In this document: in pieces, positions 1 through 8,544 of the stretch
How the letters are laid out: every line of letters begins with the position of its first letter
Numbering within the stretch: position 1 is the stretch's first letter
NCBI GenBank assembly: GCA_020632535.1
Contig: JACKFJ010000004.1
Location: 105,514 to 169,513 of the forward strand
DNA from: Candidatus Omnitrophota bacterium
GTDB taxonomy: Bacteria > Omnitrophota > Gorgyraeia > Zapsychrales > JANLHA01
DNA length: 64,000 nucleotides
Direction: 5' to 3'
The notes under the pieces: generated by a model
Databases searched by the model: none
The model's input: only the letters and a program-made list of their open reading frames with translations
What the model was told of the DNA's origin: nothing
Position numbers and translations under genes: made by a program

Positions 1-634
1 CATAGACAAAAGTGTCGTTACGAAAGTAATACCGCAAATAGGAGCGCTGTGTTTTAAACAACACCACAAACCCGCACTTCTCAAAAAAGCTCTTTGCTGT
101 TTCGGTCATTGTTGCCGCACGAACAGCCGCAACGCCATTTTTTTGCAAATATTCACAATAAGATTGAATCAATTTTTGCCCAACACCACACCCACGAAAA
201 TCCCGCGCGATATTAATATGCAAAATCGCCGGATACTCATGCGAAAAGTCGGGCGCGTTAAATTCTCCCTTAAAATGACTTACTAATACGCCCTGCAGAA
301 ACCGAAACGTCTTTCTCTTCAAAAAAAGTCCGCGCACCAAAAGAGCCCACAAAAGACGCGGATAAATTTTAAACCACGCAACCTTGTCCATTTCCTTTTC
401 ATTCTTGGCTCCAATCAAATATCCGACAACTTTTTCATCATTGACCGCGACAAAACAAGATTCAGGTTCACTATCAGTAAAATATAACGTCAACGCGTCT
501 GCCACGATCTCGGGCTCATCAAACAAATCATCCGCCTTCTCAAGAAAGGACGTATCATAGCTAATCTTGCGCAAAGCATTGCGGTCTTGCGGCGTATATG
601 GACGAACACTAATATTTTCTCGAATCGGGCTCAC
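1..634 (-). CDS. GNAT family N-acetyltransferase (3' end runs off the window)
   Basis: Not in the ORF track because there is no stop in the window. My reverse translation from GTG at 634 reads VSPIRENISVRPYTPQDRNALRKISYDTSF...HINIARDFRGCGVGQKLIQSYCEYLQKNGVAAV. It contains the acetyl-CoA-binding R-x-x-G-x-G motif (RGCGVG). The start lies 3 nt after the upstream stop. Confidence 0.7.
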   Translation of the reverse strand, partial: MSPIRENISVRPYTPQDRNALRKISYDTSFLEKADDLFDEPEIVADALTLYFTDSEPESCFVAVNDEKVVGYLIGAKNEKEMDKVAWFKIYPRLLWALLVRGLFLKRKTFRFLQGVLVSHFKGEFNAPDFSHEYPAILHINIARDFRGCGVGQKLIQSYCEYLQKNGVAAVRAATMTETAKSFFEKCGFVVLFKTQRSYLRYYFRNDTFVY

Positions 635-636
635 TT

Positions 637-2022
637 TTACTCCAAAAGTAACACTCGCCACGCTGTTCGATCAACAGTCATTTTGCTTAAATTTGACCAC
701 GCAGAACTTAAAATAAAGTGGGGATTTTCCATGCTCGATAAAGGGAATTTGATCGTCATTTCCTTGCCATTTCTCTGCACATGCATATCTTTAATAAAAA
801 CCCTTCGCCCTTTTTCAAATACCGAAACATATTTAGAAAATGTGACTTTCAAATGATATTTTGGCATATACGAAAACGGCAAACCTCGTCGATAACCAAG
901 AAGACTGACATTAACACCCAAAAGTTTGTCATTCCATGAACGAGCCTTAAGCTTGATGTACAAATATCCCCCTTCGCGAGCATAGACCAAAGAATCAAGA
1001 ATGGGCTCGATGTGATTTTCTTGCTCAATGGGCGCGACACCGATTTTTTGTACTTCTTCACTATTTTGCCAATCAATTTTACCGTCACGATTGTCTTTAA
1101 TAATAATCGGCGGATAATCACTAAAAAGTTCATTCTTACGCGCGAATGTAAACAGATATGGCGGGTTATATTCAATCTGACTTCGGTAAAATGAAATTGC
1201 TTCACGTTTTTTTTCAACTTGCTCGGCCGTCAAATCAAAGTCAAACCAGCGCAAATCCGCATTTTGATGTTGATCCGACGGCGCTAATCGAAGATCCGGA
1301 TGAAAACCACGCGGAGTCGGCCACCCAGACTCATGGATTAGATAAGAATAAATCTCGGGAGTTGGGATTCGCTGTCCTAGATCCCACAGGGCAACTTTCA
1401 AGAAAAGATAAAACGCGCGATGATCAGGGTTATTATCCAGAGGATGAGAAACCACTATACGTGTCGGCTTAAATTCCCAAATAATTTTCTTAAGATCCCG
1501 CAGGATACTTTCACCAACATAAGGCGCCCCGACGGAAAAAGCATCATCATACGGAACATTTCGCACCCGCGTCAACAAACTTTTATACGGGATTGTCGCC
1601 GCACTCCAATATTGCATAAAAATGTTCAATGTGCCGGCATCCGGATAACCTAAAAAAACAAGATCACTGGCTGATAATCCTAAAGACTCCATCGCCGCAA
1701 TAGCCTCTTTACGTCGGACTTCCCCTAAATAAATAACACCCGCCTGCTTAAAAACTAATCGCTTTTCATAAACAATAAAAGCCCACTCATTACTGTCCCC
1801 ATTGGTTAGGTAAACAACTTTAGCGGGCAAATTACGGCTAACCGCTTCTTGCAATATGCCGCTGGCGCCGATCGCCTCGTCATCGGGATGCGGAGCTAAA
1901 ACCAAAATCCGATCAGAATCTTGCAAGGGCGGAAATTTTTCCGCGGCTAAAGTATCCGCAATAAAAACAATCCACAAGCCGACAAAAACAAAAAGGCATT
2001 TAGTCATTTGTCTTTGCAACAT
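637..2022 (-). CDS. PIG-L/LmbE family deacetylase with N-terminal signal/TM segment and a roughly 220-aa C-terminal extension of unknown function
   Basis: LVLAPHPDDEAIGASG (the PIG-L AHPDDE motif) and VSHPLDNNPDHRA are present. The N-terminus is hydrophobic (CLFVFVGLWIVFIADTLA). Confidence 0.8.
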   Translation of the reverse strand: MLQRQMTKCLFVFVGLWIVFIADTLAAEKFPPLQDSDRILVLAPHPDDEAIGASGILQEAVSRNLPAKVVYLTNGDSNEWAFIVYEKRLVFKQAGVIYLGEVRRKEAIAAMESLGLSASDLVFLGYPDAGTLNIFMQYWSAATIPYKSLLTRVRNVPYDDAFSVGAPYVGESILRDLKKIIWEFKPTRIVVSHPLDNNPDHRAFYLFLKVALWDLGQRIPTPEIYSYLIHESGWPTPRGFHPDLRLAPSDQHQNADLRWFDFDLTAEQVEKKREAISFYRSQIEYNPPYLFTFARKNELFSDYPPIIIKDNRDGKIDWQNSEEVQKIGVAPIEQENHIEPILDSLVYAREGGYLYIKLKARSWNDKLLGVNVSLLGYRRGLPFSYMPKYHLKVTFSKYVSVFEKGRRVFIKDMHVQRNGKEMTIKFPLSSMENPHFILSSAWSNLSKMTVDRTAWRVLLLE

Positions 2023-2023
2023 C

Positions 2024-2395
2024 TTATTTGAATTGCGTGACAGTAATAGCTTGATTAGTCCCTTTGAGAGTCACAACATAAAGGACAATGACTTGATCGC
2101 CTTTTTTAAGATCTGCAAATTTCAGCGGCGCGGACTTGGCAGAATACACGTTTGCTTTGGCAATGACTTCAAATTCCTTTTTACTTCCGTCGGAAGAAAT
2201 AAGCGAGATGGTTCCCTTAACACCTTTAACATCCTTAACTTCTTTTACTAAATCAATCTTGCCTTCAGAACGCTCAATGAGAGCAGCCATCTTTTTCCCT
2301 GCCGGCAAGACACCCGCAGATTTTTTAGACATTTCGGTATAGCCGACCGTCGTATAAAGCATCCCCGCTAAAACCAATACAATAATCTTTTTCAT
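2024..2395 (-). CDS. small secreted hypothetical protein
   Basis: Signal-peptide-like N-terminus (MKKIIVLVLAGMLYTTVGY). No motif recognised. Confidence 0.5.
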   Translation of the reverse strand: MKKIIVLVLAGMLYTTVGYTEMSKKSAGVLPAGKKMAALIERSEGKIDLVKEVKDVKGVKGTISLISSDGSKKEFEVIAKANVYSAKSAPLKFADLKKGDQVIVLYVVTLKGTNQAITVTQFK

Positions 2396-2429
2396 TTTGC
2401 CCTCACTCTCATTAGTTTACTAGGAAATC

Positions 2430-3080
2430 CTACCAAGAAAATTCTTCCTTCGCCGCTGCGACATGCCATTCCTTCATCGCTGGCAAAGACAACATCATTT
2501 CTTTGTACTCAGAAGCTAATCCTGTTAATTGGATCCCATAAGTTTTAAAACGATAAACAACCGGTGCATACATTGCATCCGCGATCGAAAAAGCACCAAA
2601 CAAAAACGGACCTTCGTTTTGGAAATCCCGTCGACAATCTTCCCATATTTCGACAACACGTTGAATATCGCGATCTGCGTCCTCATTGCTGGGCTTGCCG
2701 CTTAGATCCGCGGAAATATTTTGCGGAAACTGTTTTCGCAAGCCAAGAAAACCACTGTACATTTCACCCGAAACCACCCGTGCGCGCGCTCTTGAAGCGG
2801 AATCTTTTGGCCATAAAGCTTTTTGCGGAAAAATCTCGGCAACATATTCACAAATCGCCAAAGATTCCCAAACAGTGATCTTGCCATCTAACAAAACAGG
2901 CACTTTTCCAAGACGAGAATATTGCAAAACCTTCTCTCGCGAATCAGCTTGGCGAAGAGGAATCAGAATTTCCTTAAATGGAATTTCAAAATATCTTAAT
3001 AATACCCATGGCCGCAAAGACCATGAAGAATAGTTTTTATTGCCTATCACAAGGGTTAAATCCGACATGGTTTTCATCAT
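2430..3080 (-). CDS. glutathione S-transferase family protein
   Basis: N-terminal thioredoxin-like GST signature (GNKNYSSWSLRPWVLL...GKVPVL...WESLAICEY) plus a C-terminal helical domain. Confidence 0.8.
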   Translation of the reverse strand: MMKTMSDLTLVIGNKNYSSWSLRPWVLLRYFEIPFKEILIPLRQADSREKVLQYSRLGKVPVLLDGKITVWESLAICEYVAEIFPQKALWPKDSASRARARVVSGEMYSGFLGLRKQFPQNISADLSGKPSNEDADRDIQRVVEIWEDCRRDFQNEGPFLFGAFSIADAMYAPVVYRFKTYGIQLTGLASEYKEMMLSLPAMKEWHVAAAKEEFSW

Positions 3081-3143
3081 ATATAAAGCGTTATAAAAAG
3101 TAAATCATTTTCATGGCGAATTACCTTAAAAAAAATAAGGTAA

Positions 3144-3178
3144 CAAAAAAAGGCCTCGCTGATTGCTCAACGAGGCCT
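3144..3178 (-). terminator. intrinsic terminator downstream of the small acidic protein gene
   Basis: Perfect 8-bp stem, aggcctcg (3151-3158) with cgaggcct (3171-3178). An A-run lies on the plus strand, which is a U-run on the minus strand. Confidence 0.6.
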
Positions 3179-3197
3179 TTTACAAGCTACAATTATC

Positions 3198-3443
3198 TTA
3201 TAGCTGCATATCGCCAGAAATGCCAGATTCCTGCGTTACTTCAGGTGACGTTTCTTCATTCGTCATTTCTTCTTCATTACCAGCTGGTTCTTCCATATCT
3301 TCTTCAGCGTGCACGGCTGTTACACTCGGCAAAACACTGCTAAGCGTATGGGACGAAATCCCTGAACCTAAAAACAACGCTGCTGCCACAAATACAAAGA
3401 TTGTGGCCAACTTCATTTCAACTGCTCCTTTTGATACTTTCAT
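3198..3443 (-). CDS. small secreted acidic protein (hypothetical)
   Basis: Start taken at MKVSKG, preceded by aaaggagag. There is a hydrophobic signal segment (KLATIFVFVAAALFLGSG) and a Glu-rich C-terminus. The gene lies downstream of the GEMM-like leader. Confidence 0.55.
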   Translation of the reverse strand: MKVSKGAVEMKLATIFVFVAAALFLGSGISSHTLSSVLPSVTAVHAEEDMEEPAGNEEEMTNEETSPEVTQESGISGDMQL

Positions 3444-3526
3444 GCTACTCTCCTTTGGTTGATTGGTACAAAAAAAGCCCATCCACTTAATTGGGACAGG
3501 CAAATAGGGTGTGTTTTTTTCATAAA

Positions 3527-3612
3527 CTTCGCTTTCGGCAACTGACTACCATGTCCCGTGAGGGAGTTAGGCTCTTGAGTTTTGTGCCCTATCCTTTCGG
3601 ATAGTTTACCTT
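3527..3612 (-). ncRNA. candidate c-di-GMP-I (GEMM-I)-like riboswitch aptamer, variant core
   Basis: The minus strand reads GGUAAAC-UAUCC-GAAA-GGAUA-GGGCACAAAACUC...GAGCCUAAC-UCCC-UCAC-GGGA-CAUGGUAGUCAGUUGCCGAAAG. It has a 6-bp stem capped by a GAAA tetraloop, CCUAA/AUGG tetraloop-receptor-like elements, and a 3' GGUAG..GUUGCCGAA segment. This parallels the Vc2 GEMM-I layout (GGCAAACC-stem-GAAA-stem-GGGACGCAAAGCC...CCUAAA...GGUAGGUAGCGGGGUUACCGA). The core reads CACAAAAC instead of ACGCAAAGC. Confidence 0.5.
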
Positions 3613-3658
3613 TTCGTTGCAAATTTTCAAATCAAAAAGCTTATTTCTCAGCGCTTTG

Positions 3659-3687
3659 AATATACCACCCTAAAGTATCTCTGTCAA
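3659..3687 (-). promoter_or_regulatory. sigma70-like promoter for the leader and small acidic protein
   Basis: Minus strand: TTGACA (3682-3687), 17-bp spacer, TATATT (3659-3664). Confidence 0.5.
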
Positions 3688-3706
3688 TGGGCGAAACTCG
3701 TTGTGA

Positions 3707-4252
3707 CTACATGGCTCGTTTAAGCTTTATGCTCGCCTTAAATTCCTCAAACTGCTTTCCATACTCCTTAAATTTCTTCAATGCCCCAATAAACTGAATG
3801 CGCGTCAACCGATTATAGTCATCGGCAATATACAGACTCATCACAGCAATATCGGGTCTATTGTAACGAAAAAGCACCCACCTCGCCTCAAGTCCATCGA
3901 CCTGTTCAAAACCTGTGTTTAAAATATCACCATCCTCTTTTTTTAACATGTCCAAAAGCTCAGGAAAAAGGTCCTCCATAAAAAGGGCGCCTTTTTGCTT
4001 TTCAGCATAAATCGTAAAAATCGCATGCGGCATATCAGTAAAAACATCCGCATCAGGAGAAGTAAAAGTGACTTGATGCTTCTCCTTCTTCATGGTCCAG
4101 CCCTCCGGCTTTTTGACCTTAAAAGATTCCCCGCGATAAATGCTCGGATCAAATACCATGGAGCCAAACGTCTTAAACGCTACGACACCAAGAACAATAA
4201 GAATAAGCAATGTGGGCGGATTACGATTTTCCAATAAAATCCTCACTTTCAA
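3707..4252 (-). CDS. membrane-anchored hypothetical protein
   Basis: Single N-terminal TM segment (PPTLLILIVLGVVAFKTFG). No motif recognised. Confidence 0.5.
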   Translation of the reverse strand: MKVRILLENRNPPTLLILIVLGVVAFKTFGSMVFDPSIYRGESFKVKKPEGWTMKKEKHQVTFTSPDADVFTDMPHAIFTIYAEKQKGALFMEDLFPELLDMLKKEDGDILNTGFEQVDGLEARWVLFRYNRPDIAVMSLYIADDYNRLTRIQFIGALKKFKEYGKQFEEFKASIKLKRAM

Positions 4253-4271
4253 ATTTCAATAACTTAACAAA

Positions 4272-5999
4272 CTACCGTTTCACAATTTGAAAAACAGTAA
4301 ACTCCCGATCAACAATTGTCCATAAACCTTGATTATCTTGTGATTCTAAAAGTTCACTCCGAACATCTTCTTTGCTAATAACGCGACTAATGGCACGTAA
4401 AATCTGAACCTGCACATCATCATCATTTGCCGGCGTTAAAATCAAAAAAACAAAATGTGTTTTTTCTCCATCCGGTGAATTCCAATCAATACCAACCAAA
4501 GAACGGCCTAAAAGAATAATTGGTCGCTGCAAATTAGGCATACGCGCGTGCGGCAAAGCAATTCCCGCCTCAACACCCGTCCCAACAATATTTTCACGTG
4601 TTATAACAGCTTGCAAAACGTCTTCGGCGTATAAACGTCCTTCCTGCTCAGCCGCCATTTCACAAAGCTCGACAATCGCACCATTTTTATCATTAGATTT
4701 GAGATTAGCAATAATCCCACGGCGATTAAAAAATTCCAGAAAACTAACTTTTTTACGATTGTTAATTGCAAAATGAAGCCATGGGCCCAATGTGATTGAT
4801 GAAATCACAGCTCCACAGACAATCGCGGTAAAAATCGGTTCGCTGATCAACTTGTTTTCTAAAGCGACAAGGCCAACAACAATTTCCATCATGCCGCCTG
4901 TCGTATGAGCAATCGCGACAGGCAAACGATTACTGCGAGAAACAGCCGTCAGCGAAACACCAATCCACGCTCCAATAAATTTACCAAAAATCCCTAAACC
5001 CGTAAAAATCCCTACTAATAAAAAGTCAAAATTCTGTAAAAAATCAATTTTTAATCCGATCCCCGCAAAAAATAACGGAACAAAGATCGCATAAACCATT
5101 TGCGAAATCACCTGACGACTTTTTTCGGGAAGAGATCGCGCGTCACCAACCATAATACCAGCAAGAAAAAACCCAAAAATCGCGTGAATTCCTAATTTAT
5201 GCGTCAACGCTCCACACAACAATGCCAAAAGAGAAATAAAAGTCAAAGAACTTCCCGGCTCAGGCATTTTTTGAGCTCTTATTTTCTCGACAATAGAATG
5301 CGCAAATTTACGCCCAATCGTTAAAGCAACCGCAGTAAATCCTAATGTCGCGCCGAATAACATAGAAAGATTGAGCAAATTAATTTCACCTTGAACCGAC
5401 AATCCCAAAACAATCGCAAAAATCAACCAACCAAGAATGTCATTCACCGACAATGCCGACATAATCAAAGAGCCAAGGTCAGTTTTACTCATTTTTAATT
5501 CAGCCAAAGCTCGCGCAGCAATGGGCATCGCGCTAATCGAAACTACGCTCGCTAAAAACAAAAGAAAAAGGAATTTGTTATTCGAATCTGGGAAATAATG
5601 ATCCGGGAGAAATGAAAATACTACAAACGAAATGGCAATCGGAATCACAATATCAGATATAGCGATCTTGAGAACTTCAGCACGTTGACGCCAAGCGCTT
5701 AACAAATCAATTTCAAGTCCGGTTTCAAGTAAAAGATAAAACACACCGAACCAAGCGACCGTATCAAACATGGTCATTTGAACAGCATTATGAGGAAAAA
5801 TTGCAGTATGAACTTGCGGGAAGAAACGACCCAAAATTGTCGGGCCCAAAAAAATACCAACCGCAATTTCAGCGGGTAGAGCTGGCTGCTGCCACCGACG
5901 AAAAACATCTCCCAAAACCCTAGAAAGCCCCAAAAGCAAAAAAACTTGAATCAAAAATAAAAATATATTTTCTTCACTAAGATAATTCATTGAATTCAT
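4272..5999 (-). CDS. cation:proton antiporter (CPA2/Kef-like) fused to a C-terminal PTS EIIA type-2 (EIIA-Ntr-like) domain
   Basis: About 400 aa of polytopic Na_H_exchanger-like membrane domain. The C-terminal roughly 150 aa contain GTGVEAGIALPHARMPNL, the EIIA-2 active-site His motif. Confidence 0.8.
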   Translation of the reverse strand: MNSMNYLSEENIFLFLIQVFLLLGLSRVLGDVFRRWQQPALPAEIAVGIFLGPTILGRFFPQVHTAIFPHNAVQMTMFDTVAWFGVFYLLLETGLEIDLLSAWRQRAEVLKIAISDIVIPIAISFVVFSFLPDHYFPDSNNKFLFLLFLASVVSISAMPIAARALAELKMSKTDLGSLIMSALSVNDILGWLIFAIVLGLSVQGEINLLNLSMLFGATLGFTAVALTIGRKFAHSIVEKIRAQKMPEPGSSLTFISLLALLCGALTHKLGIHAIFGFFLAGIMVGDARSLPEKSRQVISQMVYAIFVPLFFAGIGLKIDFLQNFDFLLVGIFTGLGIFGKFIGAWIGVSLTAVSRSNRLPVAIAHTTGGMMEIVVGLVALENKLISEPIFTAIVCGAVISSITLGPWLHFAINNRKKVSFLEFFNRRGIIANLKSNDKNGAIVELCEMAAEQEGRLYAEDVLQAVITRENIVGTGVEAGIALPHARMPNLQRPIILLGRSLVGIDWNSPDGEKTHFVFLILTPANDDDVQVQILRAISRVISKEDVRSELLESQDNQGLWTIVDREFTVFQIVKR

Positions 6000-6024
6000 T
6001 TTCCATCTAAGTTAACTGGTCCTT

Positions 6025-6774
6025 TTACGGACTTGGAATAATGCGGGTGAGCATAAAAGAATAATCACCTGAAGGCTTTCCAGCTTCGAACATAGTCCAT
6101 TCTTGATTCATGTGATTCTCATCGATAAAAGATATTTTTAACGAATGCATATGAGTATCCACGGCTGGATCAAGAGCAGGGCTTTCCAAAAGGCTAAATT
6201 CATAAACATTGCCTTGTGGATGATCAAGTGCCATCAAGGAGCGCGTCCCAATCATACAAAAATGCGTCAGATGCAATCGATTCTTTTCTTCATAATACAC
6301 CGTAATCATTTCCTGCGGACTATCAGGAAAAATCCTCTCCAAAACCGCACTACCTCCCGCCGTAACTTCATAAGCTACGACAATTTTATCCTGCTTTTCA
6401 CCTGAGCCATTCTTCCCAACGCCTTCCCACCGGCCAGCCAACTGCTTAATACGATTAAACGCCACATGATCAGTAATTTTAATAGACGATTCCCCGGATG
6501 TCATCGGAGCAACTTCCACATCAACGTGATTGTCCGGCAAAATTTCCGCGTTAACACCTGTTGGCATCATTTCATCGTGCTTTATAAATTCTGGTTCTAA
6601 TTCAATTCCCGGAATCCATTCATCCATTGGGTCTTCCGCGCCAGATTCAACCGCTTGATTTACGATAACCTCAAGAGGGATTTGCACCGACGGGGGATTT
6701 TCCTGAGCAAAAAGAGAAACGCAAGCAACTAAAATCATCGCCAAAAATAAAAGCCCAGCCGAAAAAGTTTTCAT
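6025..6774 (-). CDS. secreted DUF1579-like protein
   Basis: Start at MKTFSAG, preceded by gaggagg, with a signal peptide. The C-terminal roughly 130 aa (GRWEGVGKNGSG...MITVYYEE...NQEWTMFEAGK) resemble the DUF1579 lipocalin-like family from memory. Confidence 0.5.
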   Translation of the reverse strand: MKTFSAGLLFLAMILVACVSLFAQENPPSVQIPLEVIVNQAVESGAEDPMDEWIPGIELEPEFIKHDEMMPTGVNAEILPDNHVDVEVAPMTSGESSIKITDHVAFNRIKQLAGRWEGVGKNGSGEKQDKIVVAYEVTAGGSAVLERIFPDSPQEMITVYYEEKNRLHLTHFCMIGTRSLMALDHPQGNVYEFSLLESPALDPAVDTHMHSLKISFIDENHMNQEWTMFEAGKPSGDYSFMLTRIIPSP

Positions 6775-6918
6775 AATGTGCCTCCTCTTCGCATTAAATT
6801 CAAAATCAGCAAAACACAACGTTAGTTTATCACGGCCTACAAAAAAGCCGACAAAATCTTTAATAAAGTTACCCTTTTAAACTTATCACGCCGGAGAAAC
6901 TAAATCACCTAACCTCTT

Positions 6919-8523
6919 TTACTTGATTTTTAAAACCATTTCTAAAATCTGATCCGCAACATTATTGGCGAGTAAAGCGTTCCCGCTAGGCGTGCAATGT
7001 CCAAAATCGCCGGCAAAACGATCGGAAAACAAATCATCATATCTGTTTCTGGTCAAAGCATCGACAAAAATTTTTTGATTATCCACAAAAGCAATGCCAA
7101 TCTCCGATGACAACATGCCAACAAGCGGTGCAAGAGGGCGATAAGGATATTGCACCGCGACTAACGGAATACGACGCTGACGGGCAAACTTCACAAGTTT
7201 TAGATAATTTTTCTGTGTTTGCGGATTGTAATATTCAGAACGTTCTTGAATTATTTTCTTTATTTCAGCAACTTTATCTGCTTTTCCTTGCGCTTCGTAG
7301 CATTTCAACAATTGATCATACATTCGATCATTGACGCTATGTAAATCTTCACGATTAAGTCGTATCGCCTCCTCAAAAGCACTCTGTGCTTGCGAATATT
7401 TCTTGTCCTCCATCAACGCATAGCCCCATTCATAATAAATCTGTGGATCATCAGCGATAATTTTGACCCCTTCACTAAAAACCTTGTCGGCCATTTCATT
7501 CTGACCAATACGACGATAACAATACGCCAGCTGAACATAGAGATCCTTAAACTTTGGATCGATATCCCGCTGCTTGGATAAGTATTTAATCGCTTCAACA
7601 TAATTCTTTTTCTCAAGAAGAATGCCTCCTAAAGCGCCATTAGCTTCAGGATACATAGGCAAGTACGTTAAAATATCACGATAAATTTTTTCCGCAGAGT
7701 TGTCATCATTTAACAACTTAAAACATTGCGCGATATGCTCTAAAGCGCGAATTTTTTCCGGCGTAGAATTAAAAACATATGATTTCTGAAAAGATTCTAA
7801 AGCTTTTTGATGCTCTGCCTGACGCTGATAATAAATCCCAAGAAGAAACCATGCCGACGCGTTCTGACTGTCCATCTTCAAAACTTTCATAATGCTATCT
7901 TTTTCTTCTTGAGGATGATTGGCACTTCGATAGAGATTGGCTTTCATCAACTCGATTTTGATTCGCGAAGCCAAATTAGACTCAACTCTTTTTTCTAATT
8001 TCGCAATTTGTTTGCGCAGAAAATCGTCTGACTGATTCGATTTCTTAGCGGTCAAATGTCGCACGATCATATCGAAAAGCTTAAAAGCCTTCGAATATCG
8101 ACTAAAACTTTCTCGCCAATTCCGTTGCGCTGGGTCTTGAGGATCATTGATCCCCATCATTGCAACGATCATTTGCGGATGATAATCATTAAAATAATTT
8201 TCCAATCGCGCCACAATCTGATCGGTCGTCGTCGCGGGAACGCCTTTATTGATCACTTTGAATTTGATTTGATTCTGACGAGAATTTAGAATTCGTTCCA
8301 ATTGACTCGGATACGAATTGGCTCCCCCAAGCGCGGTTGTGGATTCCCCGAGACAAATGATACGATACTCACGACCGGGTTCAATGCTCTTGAGGTTCGC
8401 ATTTTCCTGCAAAGTTAAAAACAACCAGCCACCAAAACGCAATCCAACTTCTAAAAGCAGCAGTGTCACTCCGATTGCGAAGAAAAAAAGCCCAATTTTT
8501 TGCTTAAATGTCGTCTTTGTCAT
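6919..8523 (-). CDS. SGNH/GDSL-like hydrolase interrupted by a TPR-repeat region
   Basis: N-terminal TM segment. SGNH block I-like IICLGESTT, block II-like NKGVPATT and block III-like MMGINDP are followed by about 230 aa of TPR-like repeats (WFLLGIYYQRQAEHQKALESFQKS...). Block V-like GDFGHCTPSGN sits at the C-terminus. Confidence 0.6.
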   Translation of the reverse strand: MTKTTFKQKIGLFFFAIGVTLLLLEVGLRFGGWLFLTLQENANLKSIEPGREYRIICLGESTTALGGANSYPSQLERILNSRQNQIKFKVINKGVPATTTDQIVARLENYFNDYHPQMIVAMMGINDPQDPAQRNWRESFSRYSKAFKLFDMIVRHLTAKKSNQSDDFLRKQIAKLEKRVESNLASRIKIELMKANLYRSANHPQEEKDSIMKVLKMDSQNASAWFLLGIYYQRQAEHQKALESFQKSYVFNSTPEKIRALEHIAQCFKLLNDDNSAEKIYRDILTYLPMYPEANGALGGILLEKKNYVEAIKYLSKQRDIDPKFKDLYVQLAYCYRRIGQNEMADKVFSEGVKIIADDPQIYYEWGYALMEDKKYSQAQSAFEEAIRLNREDLHSVNDRMYDQLLKCYEAQGKADKVAEIKKIIQERSEYYNPQTQKNYLKLVKFARQRRIPLVAVQYPYRPLAPLVGMLSSEIGIAFVDNQKIFVDALTRNRYDDLFSDRFAGDFGHCTPSGNALLANNVADQILEMVLKIK

Positions 8524-8544
8524 AAATATTGCAGTGATTATAAC

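Noticed and set aside
587-856. Plus-strand ORFs in the first 2.3 kb (587..856, 1012..1194, 1158..1472, 1420..1653 and 1856..2251).
   Set aside because: All are antisense to the PIG-L, GNAT or secreted-protein genes and show no recognisable motifs.
3470-3505. Intrinsic terminator at the end of the first GEMM-like leader (gugggaugggcUUUUUUU).
   Set aside because: I could not find a convincing stem of more than 4 bp preceding the U-run, so no terminator is annotated. The expression platform may act on translation instead.
3440-3622. 60-aa ORF (MQRKGKLSERIGHKTQEPNS...) on the minus strand.
   Set aside because: It overlaps the structured GEMM-like leader and the real start region of the downstream gene. 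No RBS.
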